A stretch of 64,000 bases of DNA from Candidatus Palauibacter scopulicola (GTDB lineage: Bacteria > Gemmatimonadota > Gemmatimonadetes > Palauibacterales > Palauibacteraceae), in assembly GCF_947581915.1 (NCBI RefSeq), contig NZ_CANPWG010000054.1, positions 83,513 through 147,512 of the forward strand, read 5' to 3'. The notes below the pieces were generated by a model. That model saw nothing but the letters and a program-made list of their open reading frames with translations. It was not told where the DNA came from and did not search any database. This document shows positions 51,465 to 60,680 of the stretch, piece by piece. Position 1 is the stretch's first letter, and each line of letters opens with the position of its first letter. A program made the translations under genes and the position numbers.

Positions 51465-52307
51465 ATGCAATTCCCCGACTCCGTAGCGGCGGAACGCAGC
51501 TGGCGGCGGGACGTGTGGCCGGGGATCCACTGGATCCAGGAGTGCGGTGGGCACCGGGCCGGGATCGCGCGCGCGGTGCTGGAGAGCGGCGCGGACTGGT
51601 ACAGGCCCGAAAACGAGCTTTACGTCCCGCAGAACGCCTACCTGCTGACGGGCGAGCGGGCGCTGCTCTGGGACACCCTCTCTCCGGCCTCGGGCCACAT
51701 CCTTCTTCCGGCGCTCGAGGAACTGCTCGAAGGGCGGCCGCTCGATTACCTCGCGCTCTCGCATCCCGACGTGCCCCACGCGGGGAACACAATGCAGGTG
51801 CTGCGGCGCTATCCGGACTGCCGCCTCGTGGCGCCGGCGACCGGCGAGACGCACGCGCTGTACCACCTCGACGACGCGATGAAGGTGGGGCCCGGGGACG
51901 AGATCGATCTCGGCGGGCTCCGGGTCCGCTTCCCGGAGGCAACCTTCCTCGACGCCGCGATCCACACGTGGATGAGCGAGGAGACGACCCGCACGCTCTT
52001 CACCGTGGACTGGATGGGATTCCCGCACCAGAGCGGCGAGTCCCTGCGGCGCACGGACGAGATCGACACGGCGGTGGATGTGGGGCGTCTCGAGGAGTTC
52101 CACAGCCGGGTCATGTTCTGGTTCCAGTACGTCGTGCCGGAAAAGGTGACCGCGGCTACGGACGCGCTGGCGGCGCAGTTCGCCGGATACGGGCTCGCGC
52201 CGGCGCACGGACTCCCGATCCCGGGGGCGGACGCGGCCCCGTACTACGAGCGCATGAACGAGGTCGTGCGTCGGGTGGCGGCGGGCGGGCGCGGGGGCGT
52301 CCTGTGA
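51465..52307 (+). CDS. MBL-fold protein, ODP/flavodiiron-N-terminal-like
   Basis: NAYLLTGERALLWDTLS beta-lactamase-fold core, and the metal motif LSHPDVPHAGN. Confidence 0.6.
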   Translation: MQFPDSVAAERSWRRDVWPGIHWIQECGGHRAGIARAVLESGADWYRPENELYVPQNAYLLTGERALLWDTLSPASGHILLPALEELLEGRPLDYLALSHPDVPHAGNTMQVLRRYPDCRLVAPATGETHALYHLDDAMKVGPGDEIDLGGLRVRFPEATFLDAAIHTWMSEETTRTLFTVDWMGFPHQSGESLRRTDEIDTAVDVGRLEEFHSRVMFWFQYVVPEKVTAATDALAAQFAGYGLAPAHGLPIPGADAAPYYERMNEVVRRVAAGGRGGVL

Positions 52308-52338
52308 GCGGAGAGCGGCCCGCGAGCGGGGGCGTCCC

Positions 52339-53070
52339 GTGAGCGCGATCACCCTGGGCGGCGGGGTCTCCTGGGTCCACGAGTGCTTCCCCGAGGCCAA
52401 CGGCCACATCCACGTCTCCGTCTACCTCGTCGAGGCGCCGGAGGGGGCGATCCTCATGGACTCCGGCTCCTTCCACCACCGGCAGCGACTCTCGGACCGG
52501 ATCAGCGACGCCACCGCCGGCCGCGGCATCGGCGCCATCGTCCTCTCCCATTCCGACTACCCGCACTCGGGAAACATCCCCGCCTTTCGCCGCGACTGGG
52601 GCGATTTCGAGATCATCGCCTCCTGCGGGGACCCGGACCTCCAGGGCCTACCGTACGCGCGCCGCACGAAGATCGGCGACGTCACCGACGTCCTCGGCCG
52701 GCGGTTCGTGGTGCTCGACCCCCCGCTCGCCGACCGCAACCACACGACGTGGGTCTACGACGAAACCTCGCGCACCCTGTTCGTGGCGGACGGCTTCGGG
52801 ACGCTGCACCCGCCCGGCGCCTGCGACATTGACTGGGGCCGGATCCCCGAGGACGGACGCGCGGAAGGCGTGCATGAATTCCATGCGCAGACGCTGCCCT
52901 GGCTGCGCTACGCCGACCCGAACCGGGTCATGGACGCGCTGCACGCGATGCTGGAGCGGCATCCCCCGGCCTGGATCGCGCCGATCCACGGCCCCCCGAT
53001 CGCCGAGGCGGACGTGGACCGCTACATGGCGGATCTCAACGATGCCTTGACCCGGATCACCGCTTCGTAA
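52339..53070 (+). CDS. MBL-fold protein, paralogue of the previous gene
   Basis: SVYLVEAPEGAILMDSGS and LSHSDYPHSGN align with the upstream gene. Confidence 0.6.
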   Translation: MSAITLGGGVSWVHECFPEANGHIHVSVYLVEAPEGAILMDSGSFHHRQRLSDRISDATAGRGIGAIVLSHSDYPHSGNIPAFRRDWGDFEIIASCGDPDLQGLPYARRTKIGDVTDVLGRRFVVLDPPLADRNHTTWVYDETSRTLFVADGFGTLHPPGACDIDWGRIPEDGRAEGVHEFHAQTLPWLRYADPNRVMDALHAMLERHPPAWIAPIHGPPIAEADVDRYMADLNDALTRITAS

Positions 53071-53102
53071 CCACCGTTCGCGCGCCCGGCGTCGCCGGAA
53101 GG

Positions 53103-54302
53103 CTACGATTCCGGGGCTGCCGGGGGCCGAAAGTCGCGGAGCAGTTCGGCGGCGGACCGCAGGCTGATCACCTCAACGCCGGGTTCGAGGGAGTAGTCCT
53201 CATCGCCTCCGTAGACGACGAAGGTGCGGTCCGGCTTCAGATCCTCCCGGGCGCTCCGGAATCCGCGGCCGAGCGGGGGCACGAGGCCGAGTTTGATCTC
53301 GAGAGCCCAGGGCTTCGCCAATCCCGGGAGCTCCAACACGAGGTCCACCTCGGCTCCGGCCTGCGTCCGGTAGAAGCTCGCCGCGGTTCCCGGCGGCGCC
53401 GCCTGGAGCAGATTCTCGATGACAAACCCCTCCCAACTGGCGCCGGATACGGGGTGTCCCGCGAGTGTGTCGAAATCGCCAATGCGCAGCAGCGCATGCA
53501 CGAGGCCGCTGTCACGGACGTAGACTTTGGGCGATTTGACGAGCCGCTTGCGAACGTTCGCGACGTACGGCAGCAGCCGTCGCAAGATGAAGAGGCTGGT
53601 CAGCGTATCGATGTAACGGCCCACCGTCGCCGTGTTGATCGCGAGGCTGCGGGCCAGTTCGGAGGCGCGGAGCAGTCCGCCCTGCCAGTGCGCGAGCATC
53701 GTCCACAGGCGTCGGAGGGTCTCCGCCGGCAACCGTCGCGCCACGAACTCTTCCACATCCCGTTCCAGGTACGTCTGAATGAAGTTCCTCCGGAAGGCGT
53801 AGCTGTCCTCGTCGCTCGCGGCCAGGAAGCTGTCGGGCAGGCCGCCTCGAACCCATAGCGGTATGGCCGTGTCTCCGTGCGCCTCGACCTCGAGCACATC
53901 CAGGGACCCGAGGGGCACGAACTCGATTCTGCCAGCCAGGCTCTCGCCGGCTTGTCGGAGCCGTTCGACGGAAGCTGATCCCAGGATCAGGAAACGGCCG
54001 GTCCGCCGTCCGTGGCGCCGGCCCCTGTCGATGAGGCTGCGAAGCTCCGGGAACAGGGCCGGGACACGGTGAACCTCATCCAGGATCACGAGGCGATCCG
54101 TGTACTGGCTCAGAAAAAACTGCGGGTCGGACAACTTCGTACGGTCCGAGCGCGTCTGAAGGTCCAGGTAGACCGCATCGGTCTTACGGGCGATGTCGAA
54201 GGCCAGCGTGGTCTTCCCCACCTGCCGTACGCCGAGCAGGGCAACGGCCGCCTGTCGGCGCAGGGCCCGTTCGACTCGGTGCACGGCTCTTCTCGGTATC
54301 AT
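53103..54302 (-). CDS. AAA+ ATPase with C-terminal DUF4143 (paralogue of 34365..35525)
   Basis: Walker A GVRQVGKTT, Walker B LVILDEVH, and the DUF4143 region (RDSGLVHALL). Confidence 0.75.
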   Translation of the reverse strand: MIPRRAVHRVERALRRQAAVALLGVRQVGKTTLAFDIARKTDAVYLDLQTRSDRTKLSDPQFFLSQYTDRLVILDEVHRVPALFPELRSLIDRGRRHGRRTGRFLILGSASVERLRQAGESLAGRIEFVPLGSLDVLEVEAHGDTAIPLWVRGGLPDSFLAASDEDSYAFRRNFIQTYLERDVEEFVARRLPAETLRRLWTMLAHWQGGLLRASELARSLAINTATVGRYIDTLTSLFILRRLLPYVANVRKRLVKSPKVYVRDSGLVHALLRIGDFDTLAGHPVSGASWEGFVIENLLQAAPPGTAASFYRTQAGAEVDLVLELPGLAKPWALEIKLGLVPPLGRGFRSAREDLKPDRTFVVYGGDEDYSLEPGVEVISLRSAAELLRDFRPPAAPES

Positions 54303-54379
54303 CCTTGTAATTTATATAGTATGATATGTGATTTGTAAGGATTGAATGACGTTGATCGGACGGAGGAGCGACCCTCCGT

Positions 54380-55060
54380 CTACCGGCCGAGCAGCTTCTC
54401 CAGGTCGGTCTCCGAGGCGGCGCCGACATGCCTGGCGCGGCCTGACACGAAGGTCGGGGTCGCGGTGATGCGCCAGCGGTCGGCGAGGGCGGCGTCGCGG
54501 GCGAGGCGCTCGGTTGTGGCGGGCGCGTTCAGGCAGCGGACGAGACGCGTTCCCGCGGGAACGTCCGCGGCCACGGCGATGGATTCCCAGTCCACGTCTC
54601 CGGTCTTCCAGTCTTCGTTCGTCATCAGGTAGTCGTGCACGCGCCGGAACGCGCCCTGCTTCTCCGCGCAGATCGCGGCGCGCGCCGCCTGCGCGGAACG
54701 TTCCGAGAGGGGGACGTGAACCAGCACCACCTGCGCTTCGCGCGACCCCACCCACGCGTTCACGGTCTCGTGCGACGAGCGGCAGAAGGGGCAGAGATAA
54801 TCGCTGAACTCGAAGATCGTCTGCGGGGCCGCACCCTCCCCGAGCACGCTTCTCCGCTCCGCGACGGCCTCCTTCCACTCCTCCCGGTAGCGCGCGAGCA
54901 CCTGCCGCTCGGCCTTCCACTCCCGGAGGCGACCGCCGACCACCCCCGATGGGCGGAAGGCGATCACCGCCAGGAGGACGAAGCACACGGCGAGACCGAC
55001 GTCCTGAATCCCGGGCCGCTTCACCGCCCCGGTGTCCCGCTTCCGAGCCGCGCGCGCCAC
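54380..55060 (-). CDS. DsbA-family thiol:disulfide oxidoreductase, membrane-anchored
   Basis: N-terminal TM. CPFC active site in a thioredoxin fold. A stop-proximal hairpin GACGGAGG-N6-CCTCCGTC at 54358-54379. Confidence 0.75.
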   Translation of the reverse strand: MARAARKRDTGAVKRPGIQDVGLAVCFVLLAVIAFRPSGVVGGRLREWKAERQVLARYREEWKEAVAERRSVLGEGAAPQTIFEFSDYLCPFCRSSHETVNAWVGSREAQVVLVHVPLSERSAQAARAAICAEKQGAFRRVHDYLMTNEDWKTGDVDWESIAVAADVPAGTRLVRCLNAPATTERLARDAALADRWRITATPTFVSGRARHVGAASETDLEKLLGR

Positions 55061-55084
55061 CCCGTCGCATGGAGCCTCATGCGA

Positions 55085-55333
55085 TCACCACCGAAAGGGA
55101 TCGGGACCTGAAGGGCTCCACATGGAAAGGGCGCAGTCCCGCAGGCACTCGCTGATTTCGTAGTTGCAGCCCCAGCCACCGTCCAGGACGCAATCCGACC
55201 AATCCAGCGCACAGTCGCTCACGCAGTCGCCGCCGCGCGCGGACGCGGCCTGGCCGGGTTGCGCCAGGATGGCCGTGGCCAGCACGAGGTTGAAGCCAAG
55301 GAGTACCCAGCGTCCCGCTTTCGTCTTCTTCAT
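55085..55333 (-). CDS. Small secreted cysteine-rich peptide (6 Cys in a roughly 52-aa mature region)
   Basis: Strong SD GGGAGGGG 5 nt before the ATG. Signal peptide ..AILAQPGQAAS. Mature part DCVSDCALDWSDCVLDGGWGCNYEISECLRDC. Confidence 0.55.
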   Translation of the reverse strand: MKKTKAGRWVLLGFNLVLATAILAQPGQAASARGGDCVSDCALDWSDCVLDGGWGCNYEISECLRDCALSMWSPSGPDPFRW

Positions 55334-55605
55334 CGTCCCCTCCCATTCCCGGGTCGTCGGGAGGCCGGATCGCCGCCGCCGCCGTGTCCGGCGCGCTCGT
55401 CGCGACCCGCCGGGACGGACCCTCCGTCCCGTGCCTTCCGAGATTCACCTCCAGAGTCCGGCCGGCCATCAACGGGCTATCAACTCGCTCGGGCAGGCGG
55501 CCGGCAGGGGGCTGGCCGGAGTCACACCAGACGGTACTCGACTGCTCCTCGCACGCCACGTATCGTCGGAACCTCACGGAACCACGGGACGACAGGAGGG
55601 CGTGG

Positions 55606-56466
55606 ATGGCGGATGTGCTTTGCGTAGGCGGGACAGGGACCGTCGGGCGTCGCGTCGTCGAGGGCCTGGTGGCCCGCGGCGTATCGGTCCGGTGCCTGAC
55701 GCGTTCGGCGGACCGGGCGGACACGTCGGACGAGCGGGTCGAATTCATGCAAGGCGACCTGGAGCGGCCCGACATGCTCGCGCCCGCGCTCGATGGCGTG
55801 TCGCGCATGCACCTCCTCACGGCGCTCCACCCGCGGGAGGCGCAACTCGGCATCGGGGCCGTCGATGCCGCCGCGCAGGCCGGCGTCGAGCGGATCGTCT
55901 TCCATTCCGCGCACCGCGCGCACGCGGCGCCCCACATCCCCCACTTCGCGAGCAAGATGGAGATCCTCGCCGCGCTCGAGGCCTCCGGCGTCCCGTGGGC
56001 CACGATCGAACCGAACCATTACTTCCAGAACGACCTGTGGCTCAGGCGGTCGCTCGAAGCCGGGGCCTATCCGGCACCGCTCGGGGGAGTGGGACTGCAC
56101 CGGGTCGACGTCCGCGACATCGCCGACGCCACCGTGAACGCGCTCCTCGACGACGGCCACGAGGGGATCCGGCACCCGGTGGTCGGACCCGAACTCCTGA
56201 CGAGCGCGGACGTCGTCCGCACGTGGAGCGAACACCTCGACCGCGAGGTCGAGTACGTGGGCGACGACCTCGACGCGTGGGAGGCGCGCGCGGGCCGGCA
56301 CCTGCCGGACTGGCTCGTGAGGGACCTGCGGATCATGTCGGAGTATTTTCTGTCCGACGGACTCATCGCGACGGAGGAGGACTTCGCGACGATGAGCCAC
56401 GTCCTGGGTCACGCGCCGCGCGTGTTCGAGGACTTCGTGGCCGAGACGGTCGCCGCCTGGCGCTGA
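55606..56466 (+). CDS. NmrA-like NAD(P)-binding protein (atypical SDR)
   Basis: ATG after GACAGGAGGG. Rossmann motif VGGTGTVG. 286 aa. Confidence 0.7.
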   Translation: MADVLCVGGTGTVGRRVVEGLVARGVSVRCLTRSADRADTSDERVEFMQGDLERPDMLAPALDGVSRMHLLTALHPREAQLGIGAVDAAAQAGVERIVFHSAHRAHAAPHIPHFASKMEILAALEASGVPWATIEPNHYFQNDLWLRRSLEAGAYPAPLGGVGLHRVDVRDIADATVNALLDDGHEGIRHPVVGPELLTSADVVRTWSEHLDREVEYVGDDLDAWEARAGRHLPDWLVRDLRIMSEYFLSDGLIATEEDFATMSHVLGHAPRVFEDFVAETVAAWR

Positions 56467-56478
56467 GGAGATCGACAC

Positions 56479-57048
56479 ATGTTCACGATATACATCTTCA
56501 GTCTTCTCGTGGGCGGCGGGTTCCTCGCGCTGTCCGTGTTCGGCGACTTCCTGGACGGCATGGACATCGATGTGGACGTCGACGCGGACCTGGACGCGGG
56601 TGGCGCGGCCGACGTGGCGAGACTCCTCTCCCTGCGCACGATCGTCTACGCCATGTTCGGGTTCGGCGCGACCGGGGCCATCCTGCACTGGTTCACGAGC
56701 CCCGCGGTCACCGCCGCCATCGCCGGCGTCACGGGGCTGGCCTCCGGGGCGTTCATCGGCGCCGCCTTCCGCTACATCAAGCGCTCAGGCGCCGGCACCG
56801 CGCTCGGCGAGCGTTCGCTGGCCGGCTTGACGGGCGAAGTCACGATGGAAATAGGGCCGGACGGCGCGGGTACGGTGAAGGTGTCGCGCGGCGAGCGCCG
56901 GTTCAGCGTGCGGGCCCGCATGGACGCGACGTGCCCGGACGACCTGCCGCTGCGCGCCGGACAGTCAGTCGTCGTCGTGCGCATGACGGACGGCATCGCG
57001 GATGTCGTGCCCGTGGATCCCGAAGACATGAAGCTGCTCGAGGAATGA
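56479..57048 (+). CDS. NfeD-family membrane protein (short form)
   Basis: N-terminal TM helices plus a C-terminal OB-fold beta domain (GLTGEVT...VKVSRGE..VVVVR). Immediately upstream of the flotillin gene. Confidence 0.7.
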   Translation: MFTIYIFSLLVGGGFLALSVFGDFLDGMDIDVDVDADLDAGGAADVARLLSLRTIVYAMFGFGATGAILHWFTSPAVTAAIAGVTGLASGAFIGAAFRYIKRSGAGTALGERSLAGLTGEVTMEIGPDGAGTVKVSRGERRFSVRARMDATCPDDLPLRAGQSVVVVRMTDGIADVVPVDPEDMKLLEE

Positions 57049-57055
57049 GGTCGAA

Positions 57056-58381
57056 ATGCAAGACTTTCTGAATCTCCTGGCCGCCCCCGTCGTGATGGCG
57101 GGCGTCTTCTTCGTCGTCGTACTCGTGGCGATCATCACGATCAAGAACCTGATCGTGATCGTTCCCCCCAACCGCGCGGCCGTCATCACCGGCCGCAACC
57201 GCATGCTGACCGATGGCCAGGCCGTCGGCTACCGCTCCATCTCGGGCGGGCGCACAATCCGGATCCCGATCATCGAGACGGTCCAGCACATGAACCTCGA
57301 GACCATCCCCATCGAGGTCTCCGTCAACAACGCCTTCTCGAAAGGGAACATCCCGCTCAGCGTGGAGGCGATCGCCAACGTGAAGATCGCCTCGGAGCCC
57401 GAGTGGGTGTTCAACAACTCGGTCGAGCGTCTGCTCGGGAAGACGGAGGAGGAAGTTCGGGAACTCGCCCAGGACACGCTCACGGGGAACCTGCGGGGCG
57501 TGCTCGCCACGCTCACGCCGGAAGCCGTGAACGAGGACCGGCTGGGCTTCGCCAAGGCGCTGGCGGAGGATGCGGGGGAGGACCTGGCGTCGCTCGGCTT
57601 CCACCTCGACGTGCTCAAGATCCAGAACGTGAGCGACGAGCGCGGCTACCTCGACGCGATCGGCCGGGAGAAGTCGGCCGAGGCGATCCGGCAGGCGGAG
57701 ATCGCCGAGGCACAGGCGGAGGCTGACACGCGCGAGGCGCAGGCCGAGGCGAGGCGGCGCGCCGAGGTGCGGGAGGCCGCGGCCTCGATCAAGGTCGCCG
57801 AGGCCCAGAACGAGTTGCGGGTGCGCAAGGCCGAACTGCACCGCGAGGGCGACACCGCCGAGAAGATCGCGCGCGTGAAGGCGCAGGAGGCCGAGGTCGA
57901 GGCGGAGAAGATCCTCGAGATGAAGCGCGTGGAGCGCGAGGAGCAGCGGCTGCGGGCGGACGTGATCGAGCCCGCCAAGGCCGAGAAGATGGCCGCGTTC
58001 GCACGGGCGGAGGCCGAGGCGGCACCGATCCTGGAGCGCGGAAAGGCCCAGGTCGAGGTCCTGAAGCGGCTCTACGCGGAGGTCCAGACCGGAGGCGAGG
58101 CCGCGTTCGCCGTGTTCATGGCCGAGAAGCTCCCCGAACTGCTCGAGATTGCCGTCGGCGCCGTGGAAGGCGTGGACATCGACCGCGTCGTCGTCATGGA
58201 CGGCGGCCAGGGCGAGGGCGTCTCCAACGCCCTCAACCAGCGCGTGCGCGGCGCCTACGGAACGATGGAGGGACTCGCCTCCGTGCTCGGCCTCGACATC
58301 CAGGAAGTCCTCCAGCGCGCCGTGGGTTCAGGAGACGCGGACGGCGGCGAGGGGTCGGCCCCCGAGCTGCCACCCGCCTAG
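57056..58381 (+). CDS. Flotillin-like SPFH domain protein (FloT/YuaG-like)
   Basis: N-terminal TM, SPFH/band-7 domain, and a long Ala/Glu-rich coiled-coil (EAQAEADTREAQAEARRRAEV...). Confidence 0.85.
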   Translation: MQDFLNLLAAPVVMAGVFFVVVLVAIITIKNLIVIVPPNRAAVITGRNRMLTDGQAVGYRSISGGRTIRIPIIETVQHMNLETIPIEVSVNNAFSKGNIPLSVEAIANVKIASEPEWVFNNSVERLLGKTEEEVRELAQDTLTGNLRGVLATLTPEAVNEDRLGFAKALAEDAGEDLASLGFHLDVLKIQNVSDERGYLDAIGREKSAEAIRQAEIAEAQAEADTREAQAEARRRAEVREAAASIKVAEAQNELRVRKAELHREGDTAEKIARVKAQEAEVEAEKILEMKRVEREEQRLRADVIEPAKAEKMAAFARAEAEAAPILERGKAQVEVLKRLYAEVQTGGEAAFAVFMAEKLPELLEIAVGAVEGVDIDRVVVMDGGQGEGVSNALNQRVRGAYGTMEGLASVLGLDIQEVLQRAVGSGDADGGEGSAPELPPA

Positions 58382-58409
58382 GCACGGAACCCTCACAAGG
58401 GACGGACCC

Positions 58410-59291
58410 ATGAGAGGAGCCATCCTGCCGCTGGCGCTCGCCTTGGCGGCTGGCGATATCGCCGCGCAGCCGTACGTGGGGTCGGAGTTGGGGTTCACGC
58501 TCGCTCCGGCCATGCGGCTCGTCGGCACGGACAACGACTGGGGCACGCGCTGCGACCTGCTCATCAACCCCGCTGGGGTGGAGACGGGATCGGAGTGCGA
58601 CACGCCACCGCCGCCGACCGAGTGGGCGAACGAATCCGGCCGCACGGGGGGGATCGCGACCGGAATCGCGGCCGGATACCGGTTCGGCCGGTTCCGGGTC
58701 GAGGCCGAGTACCGGTACCGAGCCGCGGCGTATCACGACTATGCGCCGACGGAGATCGGCGATGTGGTGACCGCCCAGAAGGCCGACCAGGAACTCGAGA
58801 GGGCGATCGGCGGCGCCGGCGACGTGAGCGTACACGGCGCATTCGCGAACCTCGCGGTCGATCTCGCCACCGGCGGTGCGCGGCTGACGCCGTACCTGGG
58901 GGTCGGCGCCGGCGTGCAGCGCATGGCCGTCGACTATCTCAGCCTGTGGAAGCGCAACAACGATCCGGTGCGGATCAGCACGTTCGAGGATCCGGTGCTC
59001 CGCGCGAAGCTGGCCGGGACAACGACGCTGGGCTCAGCGGTGCTCCACGACACCATGTTCGGCGCCCACGCGCTGGCGGGCGTGGACTACCGCGTCGCCG
59101 ACCGCTTCACGGTCGGAACCCGAATACGCTACGCGAAGGCGCTCGGCCCGTTCGAGAGCGACCCTCACGAGTGGGATCAGCTCCGCAGCCACGACTCCAC
59201 CGTGGGCCGCGGCTCCCGCATCGTGTACACCGTGGAAACACGCGACACGAGCGCCTTCACCGTGACCCTCAGCCTCAGGTACGATCTCTAG
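58410..59291 (+). CDS. Outer-membrane beta-barrel protein
   Basis: Signal peptide ending IAAQP. Amphipathic beta-strands. C-terminal ...TVTLSLRYDL with a terminal aromatic-X-hydrophobic pattern. Confidence 0.55.
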   Translation: MRGAILPLALALAAGDIAAQPYVGSELGFTLAPAMRLVGTDNDWGTRCDLLINPAGVETGSECDTPPPPTEWANESGRTGGIATGIAAGYRFGRFRVEAEYRYRAAAYHDYAPTEIGDVVTAQKADQELERAIGGAGDVSVHGAFANLAVDLATGGARLTPYLGVGAGVQRMAVDYLSLWKRNNDPVRISTFEDPVLRAKLAGTTTLGSAVLHDTMFGAHALAGVDYRVADRFTVGTRIRYAKALGPFESDPHEWDQLRSHDSTVGRGSRIVYTVETRDTSAFTVTLSLRYDL

Positions 59292-59327
59292 TCACCCCCC
59301 CGAGGGCCGTACGGGCCATCGAGCGCG

Positions 59328-60440
59328 TCAACTTGGCTTCTCCACGCGCAGGCTGAGCTTTGCGATGCGCCACGGCGGGAAACTGCTGTTCTGGAGCAGA
59401 TAGAGATGCCTGCCACCCCCCAGGACCCGCGAGTCCTCCGGCAACGGCACCTCCTCGTACAGCTTGCGGCCCGTGTACCGGTCGTAGATGTCCAAGGAGG
59501 AATGATACGCTCCGAAGGGTCCGCCGGACTCCGGGTAACCAAAACGACCATGCACCACGACGAGATGGGAACCCACGACGGCGATGTGCGAGATCGTGCC
59601 TCGCCCTCCGAGCAGTTCCGGCATCTGCGTGGGGTATGCGCCCGGGTTGAAGGCGCCCGGTTCAAACACGGGGACCGGCTGGAACGTCCCCGGGGGTACG
59701 CCGATCGCGCCGATCGAGTCGCCCGCGGCGTTCAGAATCGTCACCGGGTAGCGCAGGGAATACGCCATGTAGATGGAGTCGCCCGCCACGTCGAATGAGA
59801 ACCGCACCAGCGACGCCCAGTACGGTCTCTCCAGGGGAATGAACGGGAAGGTATAGGCGCTCCACGCTATCTCGTCAGCTACCAGCCGATGCAGCAGTCG
59901 AGGCTGCTGCACGAACCGTGACACACCTCGCGTCGCTTCCGTGAAGAGCTTGATTCCCACCAGCAGATCGGAACCGATTTGTTCAATCCCTGACGGGATG
60001 CCGGGGAGTTGCACGATGGTATCCGGCACGAGGTTCGCCGTGAGGTAGGTGAGACGCGGCGCGGAGCCCAACACGGCGACCCGCCCCCTTGCGGTCTCGG
60101 TCAAGCCGTTGATCCTCCGGAACTCGAAGGGGCCCTCGCCGAATCGACCAAACGCCGCCTCGAGCCGCCCCCGTGCGTCGTAGCTGCGGACCCTGGGGAG
60201 CTGCCTGTCGCTCAGCAGGAAGCCACCATCAGCCCGCTCCCTAAAGATCCCCGGAGTCGCGATCGAATCCTGCGGATCCTCGCCGAGCGTGATAACGACT
60301 TCGGTTTCGAACGCCTCATCGAGCGCGGCCCGCAGTGGCGGCAGGGGGTCGGGCGCCCTCCCGCACGCCAAGAGGGACAAGACGGTCGCACACGCCATCG
60401 TGCGGAGCGCACCGGCTCGTTCGCGGGCGAGCATTACCAC
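59328..60440 (-). CDS. Hypothetical lipoprotein (beta-propeller-like)
   Basis: Lipobox SLLACGRAP. An upstream in-frame TAG separates it from a perfect SD-ATG (see findings). Confidence 0.5.
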   Translation of the reverse strand: MVMLARERAGALRTMACATVLSLLACGRAPDPLPPLRAALDEAFETEVVITLGEDPQDSIATPGIFRERADGGFLLSDRQLPRVRSYDARGRLEAAFGRFGEGPFEFRRINGLTETARGRVAVLGSAPRLTYLTANLVPDTIVQLPGIPSGIEQIGSDLLVGIKLFTEATRGVSRFVQQPRLLHRLVADEIAWSAYTFPFIPLERPYWASLVRFSFDVAGDSIYMAYSLRYPVTILNAAGDSIGAIGVPPGTFQPVPVFEPGAFNPGAYPTQMPELLGGRGTISHIAVVGSHLVVVHGRFGYPESGGPFGAYHSSLDIYDRYTGRKLYEEVPLPEDSRVLGGGRHLYLLQNSSFPPWRIAKLSLRVEKPS

Positions 60441-60680
60441 CAGCTATCGAACCACGATTTCCGGGAGGCAGCACATCTCCAGCGCCGTGGCAATACGTGT
60501 GAACCGGGCGAACTTGTCCATGTTGTCCCTCCTTACGGATTCGAGGGTTGGGTACGTATGAGGCCCGCCGTGAGCGTTCCTCGTAGGGCGCCCACTTGGG
60601 CTTCGAAGCTCCAGCCGCAGTCCGAGGCGGCGGTCCTCGAATCCGCCATCACCACGACTCCGGCACCGTCAATCCCCAAG

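Noticed and set aside
55077-56003. 308-aa minus ORF overlapping the small Cys-rich peptide gene and the NmrA gene
   Set aside because: It is antisense to the well-supported NmrA-like gene and low-complexity. Only the separate 82-aa frame, with an SD and signal peptide, looks genuine.
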